A DNA stretch of 64,000 nt from Nemertoderma westbladi (Eukaryota > Animalia > Xenacoelomorpha): the NCBI GenBank assembly GCA_032718475.1, contig JAUCBJ010000981.1, positions 23,308-87,307 on the forward strand, in the 5' to 3' direction. Below are positions 25,016 through 37,542 of the stretch, one piece after another. Below the pieces are notes generated by a model. The model worked only from the letters and a program-made list of their open reading frames with translations, ran no database searches and was not told the DNA's origin. Position numbers and translations under genes: made by a program. Numbering within the stretch: position 1 is the first letter of the stretch; every line of letters starts with the position of its first letter.

Positions 25016-26268
25016 TGTGACGGGATCTACGGATCCCGGTTTATCCGTTGGGTTTTCTATCCACGCGTCCCCGCCGTGTGTGAAAGGTAAAAGAGTTCTG
25101 ATGTTCGGTAATATGTATAAAGGTATAATAGTCTGATATAGCACAGTATAGTATGACACGGTTACCGGTAGATAAGTATGATGGCGGTAGCGGACGGTGA
25201 CAGAAGTCCCCGTTCCACCCTACTGATCTGACTGAGTAAACTAAACTGAATAGGGAAGCACCAACAGGTAATATATGTACTGCACAGTTGGCCATATTAC
25301 TGTACCTAGTCGATGCTGTCCCCCCATTGGCTAATATCCCACTTCTCGCCCTTTCACCTTCCCTGGTGTGTTTCCCGTTGCCCCTGTTGTTCTCTCTCTG
25401 TTAGGGGTTTGGCCCCTGACCCCTATTGTGTGTGTCTCCTTTGGGGCCTATTGTCCCCGTTTACTGGGCTGACACGAGGTTGATTGGTAATCAACCTCGT
25501 GCTCCCAATATTGATCAACGGCTTACTTTGTGGGTTCATGTTAGCGGAATTGGATAAGCTAACACTCCCCCCCATGCTATCTTCCCGGTGAGAAGATAGC
25601 ATCCACCAAAAAGTTCGCTACAATTCCGCTGGATCCCGATCTAGTATCGGGTGTGGGGTGGGTTATTTTCTTTCGGAGCCGGCTTTCCGGGCCGCTCCCT
25701 ATGGGTATGATATTGCTACCCTCTGGCGTTTCGTGTCGGGCCGATCGTGCGCTTCTCTCACACAACTTTTGTTTCCCCAACACTTTCGCCCTGACTCTAC
25801 TCTTCCTCTCCTCTCTTGCTCTAACTCTTGGACTTCCCTGTCCCTCACTCTTCCTCTCACTTCTCCCCACCCACGCTTGAATTGCGCCCACACTCTCTCC
25901 ACACTATCTCCATACCACCTCTCGCTATCTCTCTTGCCCTCCCTAAGGCCCTAATCTCTAATGCTACCCCTGTGCTATCATACCATCTACCTACTGCTTA
26001 CTAACTCTAACTATCTAACTCTACTAACTACTAACTCTACTCTCCGCTAACTCTCACTACTTCTGGCTCTAACTAAAGCCTCTAACTTTCTACTAACTCT
26101 AACTAGAACTACTAAGTCTAGCTAACTCCTACTAACTCTCTACTTCTACTAACTCTACTTGACTCATCTAAGTCTACCAACTCTCTAGCCCTTTAACTAG
26201 AACTCCCTAACTCTACCCACTCTTCTAACTACGTGGCGCTTGCGGTGCCAACAACCACTCTACTATCT

Positions 26269-26644
26269 GGCACCCTATGTGCCCTTCTACTACTCAACTA
26301 CCTCTCTAGCTCTACTACCTGGCACCCTATGTGCCCTCTCTGCTCTACTCTACTACCTGGCACCCTATGTGCCCTCTCTACTACTCTACTCTATCTCTAA
26401 CTCTCTAACTCTACTACCTGGCACCCTATGTGCCCTCTCTACTACTCTGCTCTATCTCTAACTCTCTAACTCTACTACCTGGCACCCTATGTGCCCGTCT
26501 CTACTATTCTACTCTATCTCTAACTCTCTAACTCTACTACCTGGCAACCTATGCGCCCGTCTCTACTATTCTACTCTCTGGCACCCTATGTGCCCTCTCT
26601 GCTACCTCTAACACTCTACTCTACTACCTGGCACCCTATGTGCC
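26269..26644. repeat. Array of 8 GGCAC-cctat-GTGCC hairpins in G-poor linkers
   Basis: Copies at 26269, 26321, 26359, 26420, 26481, 26543 (degenerate), 26580, 26630. Confidence 0.9.
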
Positions 26645-27040
26645 CTCTCTACTACTCTACTCTATCTCTAACTTACTTCCTTTACATCCACTCGCCTGCA
26701 CGTGACGCTCTGAATGCCGGCAGAGTGGGTACGTTAATTATGTGAACTACTACTAACTCTTACTAACTCTACTAACTCTCTACTAACTCTACTAACTCCA
26801 CTAACTCTCTACTAACTCAACTAACTCTACTACTAACTCAACTAACTCTACTACTAACTCTTTTTGTGCCCGGCACCTCTTGTGCCCGGCACCCACCCTA
26901 ATTAACATACCCTGCTCTTACATCAAACACGTCATCACGCCCGTGCCCCACTAAGTTCAGCGCATTCCCTACTAACTCTAACTACGTGGCGCTTACGGTG
27001 CCCACAACCCTCTACTGCTACTACTTTCTTTCTAACTAAC

Positions 27041-27335
27041 GGTACTACGTACCCTCTAACTAACTCTAACTCCACTAACTAACGGTACTACGTACCCTCT
27101 AACTCTTACTCTAACTAGCGGTACTACGTACCCTCTCACTACTCTAACTCCACTAACTAACGGTACTACGTACCCTCTTACTAACCTAACTAACGGTACT
27201 ACGTACCCTCTAACTAACTTCTCTAACTCCACTAACTAACGGTACTACGTACCTTCTTACTAACTTCTCTGACTCTACTCTTACTAACGGTACTGCGTAC
27301 CCTCTAACTCTTACTCTCTAACGGTACTATGTACC
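27041..27335. repeat. Array of 8 GGTAC-tac-GTACC hairpins in ctaact-rich linkers
   Basis: Copies at 27041, 27084, 27120, 27162, 27195, 27241, 27289, 27323. Confidence 0.9.
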
Positions 27336-27420
27336 ACCCTCTAACTAACTAACTAACTAACTAACTCTTACTACCTAACTTCTACCTACTCTATTATTTA
27401 ATTATTTTCATTAATTTTAA

Positions 27421-30400
27421 TTAAATAATTATTTTATATTTTATGCGTGGGAAGGGCGTCTCGCCCTCATTCCCACCCCCCTCAGTCCAAAACTTTGGAC
27501 GACTAAACACTCTCAGGTGCCCCTTCTTCCGGTAGGCACTCTCCCGCTGCCCTCCTATACGTCCTCTAACTCTTCGCCACACTCTCTTCGGTGCCACCTT
27601 TGCTGGCCTCCCCCTTCGTATGTGCGCTGGCATTAAAGCCCTCGACGACCCCCGCTCGTCCCTCGGTATACACGGCGTCTGCCCGTGTAATGCCCCCTCG
27701 CACTGTGTCAGTCCTGCGTGCGTATGCAACACGCCTCCTTCTACTTTCCCGACTCCTTTATGTTTGCTCATGGGCTTCTCTGCCCCTGGTTTAGTCCTTT
27801 CATATCCTCTCCCTTTCCAGCACTCTCCGGATCTGTGTCCTTTTACCACACATCGATGACATAGTCCGTTTGCGTCTGTGTAGGCTACACGATCTCGTTT
27901 GGGCAACGCTTGCCAGTACTTGCAACTCCTGGTCTTATGGGTTCCGTCCCGATGTAATTGACATTGGAATCCTGGATTATAGCGTTTCCTGTATAGTCCT
28001 TCACGTATCGCGCTTAGGTTTATATGTACCGATTTAGTGTTTCGATTGTCTAGACTCGGCCTACTGGGTATATTGGGATTATGTTTATTTTTGGTGTTAT
28101 TTTCTTCCTGTCCCCGCCACGGTGTGGCCCTGCTACCAGCTAACTGTGGACTAGCAGTCCCCTGTATGGCCGCGTGTGGTAGTGACTGTCCGCACGACCT
28201 GCTCTCGTCCAGGGAGTTCGATGTTCTTGCTCCTATCGGGGTATATTGTCGATATTGTGATGGGGGAATGTCACCCTGTCCCCCCCCCCCGCCGGTATGT
28301 TTGGTACTGGGGTTGATGTTAATATATTGGGGCCCATACGTCTATCTCCAATAACTCTCCCCTCCCCTGGATATATGTTATGTCCCTGTGTATTATAGTC
28401 ATGCTGCTGTACCGATATAGGCCTACCTACCTCTCGCCTACCTACCGGTATGTACTCCGCGACTTCCGGGTTTAATCCCGTCGTTCGCGCTACCCCATCG
28501 CCTACTCTATCTCTCCCAGCATGGCCTATAATAGTATGTGCAGTAAGGCCTACAGTATGTCCTGCAGTCTGCATGTGCCCTTTCGAACCGAAGTTTATTC
28601 TTCGCGAATCTCGAATCTCCCCGCGACTACTGCACTCTCGATCGGCAGCTATATCCCGTCGGGAAGCTTCTCTTCGATCCCCTCTCCTGTTCTCGACTTG
28701 ATATCGGTACGTCCTGTACCCCTCTCTTGGCGTGCGGTGCGTTTCTCCGGGGCGACGGCAATCTCCCGAAGTTCGACCCCACTGACTCCCTAACTCCATC
28801 TCTACTATCGACGGTCCGCTATCTGTCCTCACACTCCTATCGTTCGTGGCGACACCTTTTCTACTATCTCCTCTTCTTCTCTTTTCAGTGCAGTATTCCG
28901 GCTCATGAGATCTCTCGTCGACCTCCCGGTTAAACTCCACTGTTCTTCTTCCCTCTTCTGATCGGGCTCGACGCTTCGCCTGCCCTCTCGCGACGTCAAC
29001 CTGCCTCTCTCTGCTCGATCGCACGCCGCTGGGGATACTCGCAATCCCCCTATTACTCTCCGTCGCCGGGTGTTGCGGTTTACCTGATTCGGCCCGCGCA
29101 TTATCCGCTGACGGCTGTGGGACACTCTCTGCCCCCCCTCTCTCTCTACTAATCTCTCGCGGTGGGGTGCCCGTAGCCCCCCCCCCACCCGCCACTTCTA
29201 ACTTCACTATCTCTTACTACACTTCTGCGTCCCTCTTGTCGGACATTCTCTACCCCCCTTCTCTCGCCACTAATCTTTCGTGGTGGGGCTCTTGTAGCCC
29301 CCCCCCCCCCCCCCACTCGCCACATCTAACTTCACTATCTCTTACTTCGTCTCTACACCCCTCTCTAGTCGACGCACTGTCTTTACTACGGCTGGGTCTA
29401 TTCACCCCCGCCTCTCTCTCTACTACTGCGTGGCCTATCAGGCCCACCTCGGGTTGGCTCAACCCCGCTACCTCCTGCCTACCAACTACGTGGCCTACCA
29501 GGCCGCCGTCGGGTTGGCTCAACCCTGCCACTTCCTGCCTACTAACTACGTGGCCTACCAGGCCACCGTCTGCCGGGTTATGTACGTCCGACACGCTCAT
29601 ATTAATAGCACCATTCCCAATATTATTTGTTAAATCAATTAAATTATTAGAATTTGAAACGGGATTATTATTTAAATTATTTAAATTACTTAGATCACTA
29701 CTATTCTCTAAACTTAAATTATTATTCGAATTATTTTGCGGGTTTGAATTGAAATTATTATTTAGAGTATTTGTATTTAAATTTAAATTACTACTACCCG
29801 GTAAAATATTATTTCCTGTAATAAAGGGATTAGGGTTATCTACTACGGTACTATTAATATTAACTATTTCTAACGTACTACTATTACCCCCCCCCCGCCC
29901 GTACGGTTACTATGTGCACTATACGTGTACCGCACGCTCTGTTCCTTTTCCTCTCGCTCTGTGCTTATAAGTGGGGGCTCACTCTCTGATATTTCCAATC
30001 GCGCCAGTTCTAGTCGGCGCTTCTTTAGTTTGGCTTGATATTGCGCAAGCCCGCCTAGCACGGCATGCAAATCATCCCGCCTGCGCTCACCCTCTATCCC
30101 CCTCTCTCGCATATTCTGCTCGGCCAACTCTGCCTCTCTCGCAAGCATCTCAAGCCGCCTCGCCGGCTCGCTCTCTACTCCCATCTCTCGCTCTCTACAC
30201 TCCTTGGCTCTCTCTCTACACTCCTCGGCCCTCTCTCTACACTCCCTCTCCAACTCTCCTACCTTCTCTGAGAATGCGGTTTCCTCTCTCAATCGTCTCT
30301 CTAACTCATTCTGCTCTGTCGCAACCATTTCTAATTTATACGCCATGCGTTCACTCTCTCGCACCCGTCTTTCTTTTACGGAGGATGTAGCAGACTTATC

Positions 30401-31183
30401 GGTTGCGACGGACTCCCGCCGCCCCTCCGTCCTACTAACTTTCCCCCGCCTCCCGGAACTTCCTCCAACCGACGAGACCGAATCCTCGGAGTTAACCTCG
30501 GATTCGCCCTCCTCAGGTCTCTTCCAACCCACTAATTTTACTCCCCGGGCATCGACTAAGTATGGCCCTATGTACACTACGCTAGGTTCCATACCCCCAC
30601 ATTCCCATAGTTCAATCAGTTCGTTGGCAACCTCCCTCGCTCTCTCCTCGGCTAGTTCTCTCTGCCCAGAACACACTAGGTGATCAAAGTATCTGTTCGA
30701 CTCACCTAGTCCTTTTGTCATCTTGACCTCGTCTATCCTCGCCCCCTCCTTGGCCTCCTTTAGTAGTTCCCGGGTCGCGTTGTAGGCCCGTCGAAGTCGA
30801 TCAGAAACCCCGACGTCCTCGTCGCCGACCTCTCTTCCGTCTCTCCGGGTCCGACGTCATACCGACGGCCCCACCGTCGCCGTTCCGGTGGACCGTTCGT
30901 CGTCCTCGGCCTGTGGCTGGCCGGCGACATCGGTACGTCGACCTTCACTCCGCGTCGACTCGTCTTTCTCCCTTTCGACTCCCGACTCGTCCTCTCTTTG
31001 TAGACGACCCCCCACATCTTGGTTCGCCGGGTCGCTCGTTATCGACGTGGCGTCAACGTGCGTCGACGTGGTCGGCGTAGCATCGACCGGCGTCGTGGGT
31101 TCGTATCGTCTCGCCGTGGCCTCGCGGATCGTTAGATCGTCGTCCGGGGTCCGCGGCGGTGTCGTTCCTTTCTCTCGACTCAT
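27421..31183 (-). pseudogene. BEL/Pao-type Gag-like protein, broken by one stop and by frameshifts at poly-G runs
   Basis: VNSEDSVSSV motif followed by a coiled coil (29870..30721); C-terminal knuckles CQLH-H-SC ... LCHRCVVKGHRSGEC; 31183 and 30721 are in frame across a TGA. Confidence 0.72.
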
Positions 31184-32249
31184 CTTTGTCTTTGGTGGCT
31201 GGCAGCCACAGTCTGTCAGTTGGTTGGATCTAGTTCTATCACTGTCAGACTGTTAGGGCAGCTGCTAGGATTCTATCAACTGTCAGGGCAGCTGGGCGGA
31301 TCTGATTCTGTCACTGTCAGGGCAGCTGGGTGGATCTGATTCTGTCACTGTGACGGGATCTACGGATCCCGGTTTATCCGTTGGGTTTTCTATCCACGCG
31401 TCCCCGCCGTGTGTGAAAGGTAAAAGAGTTCTGATGTTCGGTAATATGTATAAAGGTATAATAGTCTGATATAGCACAGTATAGTATGACACGGTTACCG
31501 GTAGATAAGTATGATGGCGGTAGCGGACGGTGACAGAAGTCCCCGTTCCACCCTACTGATCTGACTGAGTAAACTAAACTGAATAGGGAAGCACCAACAG
31601 GTAATATATGTACTGCACAGTTGGCCATATTACTGTACCTAGTCGATGCTGTCCCCCCATTGGCTAATATCCCACTTCTCGCCCTTTCACCTTCCCTGGT
31701 GTGTTTCCCGTTGCCCCTGTTGTTCTCTCTCTGTTAGGGGTTTGGCCCCTGACCCCTATTGTGTGTGTCTCCTTTGGGGCCTATTGTCCCCGTTTACTGG
31801 GCTGACACGAGGTTGATTGGTAATCAACCTCGTGCTCCCAATATTGCTCAACGGCTTACTTTGTGGGTTCATGTTAGCGGAATTGGATAAGCTAACAGGT
31901 CCATCCAATGTCTCATCCTCCTTTTTCAGTCAATTAGTCCCCAGTCCCAGTAGCTAATTGGAAAAGGTTATATCTGACTATAGTACATATATTATAGTTT
32001 CTTTGATTGCTTCTTTGATACATTGATTGATTACCTACGTATATACAAATTGCACTCATGTTAATTGCACTTAGGAATTATTTGTACTGGTCTGTCCATG
32101 CGGTGCCTTCTAGACACGTTGACATAGCTTGTAATCAGTCCTAAAGTTCTATGTTGCTCCTCCTGCACCCTCCGGGAACCATCTCAGTCCTGCCTGGGTC
32201 GCTTCCTCCCTTCCTGTTTACTCTTGAGGCTACTCATCCTCGCTGATAC

Positions 32250-34160
32250 CGTCTTACCTCTTATTTCTCAATCTGGGGTTTTACCTATAGGTCTAAGCGA
32301 TCATTTTATAGTTTTTTGCACAAGAAAGACACAAAAATCTTTTTTCGGGGATCATAAAACAGTAACAGTTAGGTCTATGAAAAATTACAGCAAGGAACGC
32401 TTTTTAAGTTTGTTAGTTCATTCTGACTGGGAACCCTCTTTTAAGGCCGCTGACATTAACCATGCGTACACTGTTTTTAAAGATATATTTCTAAAGGTAC
32501 TTAATACTGTAGCTGTAGCACCAATTAAAGAAATTAGTCTTAAACAACGCACTGAGCCCTGGATGACCTCGGGTATTCTTAGTAATATCATAGAAAGAGA
32601 TAACTATTTGTATAAATTTAGGAAATACCGTGTTTTAGCTGATTATAATAATTACTGCAAATATAGAAACCTTGTCCAACGGGAAATAAAAAAAGCGAAA
32701 TCTGAATATTTATACAACAAAATAAGTGAGAATAAAGATAATCCTAAAAGTCTATGGTCTACCCTAAAATCTTTAGGTTATAAAAACCTTAAATCTAAAT
32801 CGAATATTGTTCTGCAAGATAACGGTGAGCTGATTCATGATTATACTCTAGTTAGTAATTTATTTAATAATTATTTTACTAATGTTGCCTCTAATTTAGT
32901 TAAGAAGTTACCGTTATCAAGTAATAAATATAGTATAGGGTCCGAAACTCTAAATAATTTTTATTTAGAAAAGTTACAAAATTCTGAAAAGTTATTTTTA
33001 AAACCCATTTCTGAGGATTTCGTTTTACAAAATCTACTTAGCCTATCAGCCTCAAAAAGTACCGGTCTAGACCTTATACCTGCCCGTTTTCTTAAGGATG
33101 GTGCTGAAGTACTTAAAGTGCCTATTACTTTTATTATTAATTACTCTATCGTAGCTAATGTAGTACCAGACGAACTGAAATTAGCTAAGGTTGTTCCTCT
33201 GTATAAAAAGAATAGTAAAGTAGAACCCTGTAATTACAGACCTGTTAGTATCTTAAGTGTTGTATCTAAAATTCTAGAACGTTCTGTTTTTCTACAGCTG
33301 GAAGCACATCTTAGTAGGCTAAATCTGATCTATGAACATCAGTCCGGTTTTCGTAAATAATATTCTACAGACACCTGTCTTATTAACTTAACTGATACAA
33401 TTAGATGTAATAACGCAAAGGGTTTAATACTGGTATGGTAATGTTGGACCTACAAAAGGCTTTCGATACTATAGATCACGAAATTCTGCTTGGTAAGTTA
33501 GGCATGATGGGTGTAGGTTCTATAGACTGGTTCAAGTCCTACCTGTCAGACAGAGGTCAAACTGTAGTCATTAGCAAATCGCAGTCTACTGTACAAGAGA
33601 TTACCTGTGGTGTACCGCAAGGTAGTATCCTCAAGGTAGGTCCTCTGCTTTTTTATGCTATGTAAATGATATGATAAGTAGTATAGATCCCGATTTTAAA
33701 CTCATTTTATATGCCGACGACAGTGCTCTTATTTTCTCTCATAAAGATCCTATCCATATTTCCCAAAAGTTAAGTGCAGTTCTAGAATCCTGTAATGAGT
33801 GGTTGGTTGATAATAAGCTATCCATTCACTACGGTAAGACTGAAATTATTTTGTTTGGTTCCAACAGAAAGTTAAAGAAGGTAACTAAGTTTGAAGTCAC
33901 TAGAAATGGACATAAGATTGAAAATAAAAAGGAAGTTAACTATTTAGGCGCCACATTGGATAACTGCTTATCAGGAGAAAGTACAGTGAAAAATATTTTC
34001 TCGAAAGTTAACAGTAGGCTTAGGTTTCTATACAGAAATAAAAATAGTTTAAACACCGACTCCCGCAAGTTAATTTGCACTTCTTTAATACAGTGTCACA
34101 TGGACTATGCATGCTCTTCTTGGTATGAAGGCTTAACCAAACAGCTTAAATGTTAAGTTA
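32250..34160 (+). mobile_element. CR1/L2-group LINE ORF2 fragment (APE C-terminus + RT), pseudogene
   Basis: [50 protein letters not shown]; stops and frameshifts present. Confidence 0.92.
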
Positions 34161-34189
34161 CTTTGCTCTTCTTTAATACAGTGTCACAT

Positions 34190-36440
34190 GGTTCCTTGGG
34201 CATGGGTGTTATTAACTCACGGTATCGCTTCGCAGGTGGTCCCACTGAGTGTTCCTCCTGTTTCCCCCTGGTAGCGTCCCACAAGATCATTTTCATCGCA
34301 TGCGGCATGTGTTCCGCCAGAAAATCCCTGAATTCTATCCTATTTTCTGGTGACTACCTATCCAGATATCTTTGGGTGTTGATGACCCCTCCGTATGATG
34401 CCGCTGTCGCTACCTCCTGATACGTGAATGGTAGTCTCCTCTTGGTAATCTGCTGGTAGGCTTGTAGATTAATGTTGAAGAAGCCCCACCGGAACTCCTG
34501 GGCCTTCATCCTTTGCCTTGTCATGACTCCGACAATGGCCCACTCCTCGAAAATGCGAAACTTCTCCTCGTCCTCCATCCTGTTACACTAGCACTCAAAG
34601 TGCCCCCTAAACTTGCTCTTCGAACACCTGTGGTGCAACCTTGGGCATGCGCCCATCCTCTGCATAGACTCGCGGCAGTAAAGACACGCCGTCCCCTTCT
34701 GGTAACGGTACAGACAGTTCTTTTGCTGATTCACTTGAATCACCACGCGCATTTCCCATCGACATCTGTGGGGCATTTACTGCCCCCCCCCCCCCCCTCT
34801 CGTCGCTAACTGGTTGCGGTGGGGTGTCTGTAGCCCCCCCCCCCCCCCCCACCCACCAATCACTTCTCACTTCGCCCCCATGCCCGCGTTTTCCTCCAGT
34901 CGACACGTCATTTCTATATATATCTCCCTGCGTTCGTTCGCCTGCATTTCTCCCTGCGCAACCGCGCGGCCTTGTAGGCCCGCCCGGGCTAGGCGTATTA
35001 CCTGTATCACCAACATTCGTTTTAATTATACAGCCACTAGCTTCACCCTGCTGATTTGTTATATTATTACTTGCATTATTTTGATTAATTTCACCGGAAT
35101 TATTTATAATATTATTATTTACTGTACCCGGGTTATTATTTAAATTATTTTGATTATCTGGCGCACCAATATTTACATTATTATTAATCAAAACATTATT
35201 TCCTGCAAGAAATGTTTCATTAGTATTAGGGTTATCTACTACGGTACTATTAATATTGATGTTTTCATTAAACATATTGTCATTACCACCCCCCCCCCGT
35301 CTGTCCGGTTGCACCAGTTTTGGGTCTGTTGTCTGGCACCTATAAGTGGCGTATTAACAAAGGTTTCCATCACCCCTGGTTCCTCATAAATACTTCCCGA
35401 ACCAGCCTCGCTCTCTGATAAACCCATTTTTGCCAGTTCTAATCGCCCGTTTTGCTTCGCCTGATACTGCATTAACCCCCTCAACTGGGTATGCATATCA
35501 TCCCTCATACGTTTACCCGCTCTCTCTCCCTCTCTATCGTCTCTAATACTCTGATCAGCCTCCCTTGCAATCCTCTCAGCTTTCCTCGCATCTCGCTCTT
35601 TGCGCTCGTTCGTTTCTCTCTCAACCCGTTCTCTGCGCTCACTCATCCCCATCTCCTCTCATTCCCTATAATTTCTCGCCACCTTCTCGGCCCTCTCTTT
35701 GCACTCTCTCGCTAGTTCCCTTTCCCTTTCTAGCAACACAGTCCCCTCATCCAGCTGTTTCTCTAGTTCCTTTTGGTCTAGCACGACTATGTCTAGCTGA
35801 CATGCCAGATCTATCTCTAACACCCTTCTTGCTTTCGCGGAGGATGTAGCGGACTTTTCGGTTGCGACGGACTCCCGTCGCCTGTTCATCCTACTGATTT
35901 TGCCATGCTTACTAGCATTCCTACTAACCAATGACACCGAATCTTCGGGGTTAACCTCGGGTTCGGCGTTGTGCGGATCCGCCCACCCCACTAACATAAT
36001 CCGCTCGCATCCACTAGATAGGGCCCTACATACACTACACTAGCTGCCACCACTTTGGATCGCCACAATTCAAACAGTTCTGTGGCTACCCCCCTCGCCC
36101 TCTCACTTGCTAGTTCCCCCTGCCCAAATCAGACTAGGTAGTGGAAATGTTTGTTGCACTCACCTAGCCTCTGGTACAACTTGGGCTGGTCTACCTTTCC
36201 TCCAGTTTTAGCGTCCTTTAACAACTTCCTCGTGGAGTTGTACCCTTGTTGCAGGCGATCACTCGTCCCGACGTCTTCCTCCTGGGACCTTGCCTCCTCG
36301 TCCGCTGCCGTACCGTCGGTCCCACCATTGCCATTCCGGTGGGCCGCTTGCCGCCTTCAGCCACTGGTTGGCTAGCGACTCCGGTACCTCGTTCGCCGCT
36401 GTGATCTCGCGTCGACTCACTCCCCTCTCCTCCTGGCAGT
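34190..36440 (-). pseudogene. Gag-like fragment of a related BEL/Pao-like element
   Basis: EVNPEDSVSLVS...RRESVATEKSATSS matches 29870..30721; Asn-rich tract; Cys/His knuckle region at 34588..34776; limits approximate. Confidence 0.75.
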
Positions 36441-37542
36441 GAATTATTTTTAATTTGAGATTCTAGATCAGTTTTTTCCACTAAATTCAGCCAGTCAATA
36501 GTTATCCTGATTAAATTACAAATTACTGTTCGGTTCGTCAAAACAATATTTCCGGAATTTCCTGTATAAAATAAATATTTTTTTTAATTTTTAACCCACA
36601 TGATCCGCAATAAGATTCTGTGCCAGTAAAGATTCCTGTAAACATGATCATTATTGAACATTCAGTAATCCTGTAAAGTGTACCAATGTGTTATTAGTAA
36701 ATGAATGGGAAAAAATTCCAGGACTGCTCACCTGAAGGTATTACGCAATCCCATGGTCCACCGCTATAAGGCGCTAAATATAAGTTGTTAGGTATTTTAG
36801 AATGTACCATTCTGTAGGCATTGCAATATTTTTATTTTATTTTGCTGTTGCGGACCGGTAGACTGCTGTGTTGGTTTCTGGTCAGACATTGCCTGATTGC
36901 TGCATTGTGCTGTTGTGGTTGTGGAACTACGGCAATACCAGCAGGTACTGCTGCTGTGCTGGTCTGGCATTTTGACTACCAGTTGCAAGAGAATCAGTTG
37001 AGAAATAGTCAGGTGCTGTACCAACAATCATAGACCTCTTGCAGTATGCAGTTTCATTGTGCTGTGGTGTTACAGTGGTGTGAAACTATGATATTGAAAC
37101 TGAACTACAGCAGTAGAGTTCCACACAATTCGGAACGGTTAACACTTATTCCAGAAATTAACAACTCTGGACAAGCAACACCAACTCTGTAAAATCCCTG
37201 CTGCAACCTACGGAAAGTTTTATTTTCTGCACCGAAGACTGAGCCAGGTGCAAAAAATCCTGCAACACCTTGGTTCAAAGCTGCACCAGCAATTCAAAAA
37301 TCGCACCAAGCTCAGCATCTCTATCATTGCTGATGCTACTTGACCAGAATTGGTATGGTTGACTATTTCTGATCGGGAGATACTCATAGTCATTAGTTTT
37401 TGTAACACTACTGACAACCTCTAGCTAGGATATGGATACTGGCATATCAATTGATAATTTAGGCTAAAGTTGTAGATACCAATTTCCTACTGTACATAGT
37501 TCTGTAAATTAACATATATACTGTACTGTTGGTTGTGTAATT

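Larger units (their letters stand above)
25016..31897 (-). mobile_element. Young non-autonomous BEL/Pao-like LTR retrotransposon (gag-like ORF only)
   Basis: 549-bp LTRs at 25016-25564 and 31349-31897 are nearly identical (one difference seen); TSD GGTCC at 25011 and 31898; PPT at 25565-25574; no PR, RT or IN motifs. Confidence 0.92.

Noticed and set aside
26269-27335. CRISPR-like look of palindromic repeats with variable spacers
   Set aside because: Repeats are only 13-17 bp, spacers are low-complexity and related to each other, there are no cas genes, and the context is a eukaryotic LTR element
29167-31256. Long plus-strand ORFs over the gag region
   Set aside because: Antisense shadows of a purine-rich, low-complexity ORF; mostly non-ATG starts and no domains
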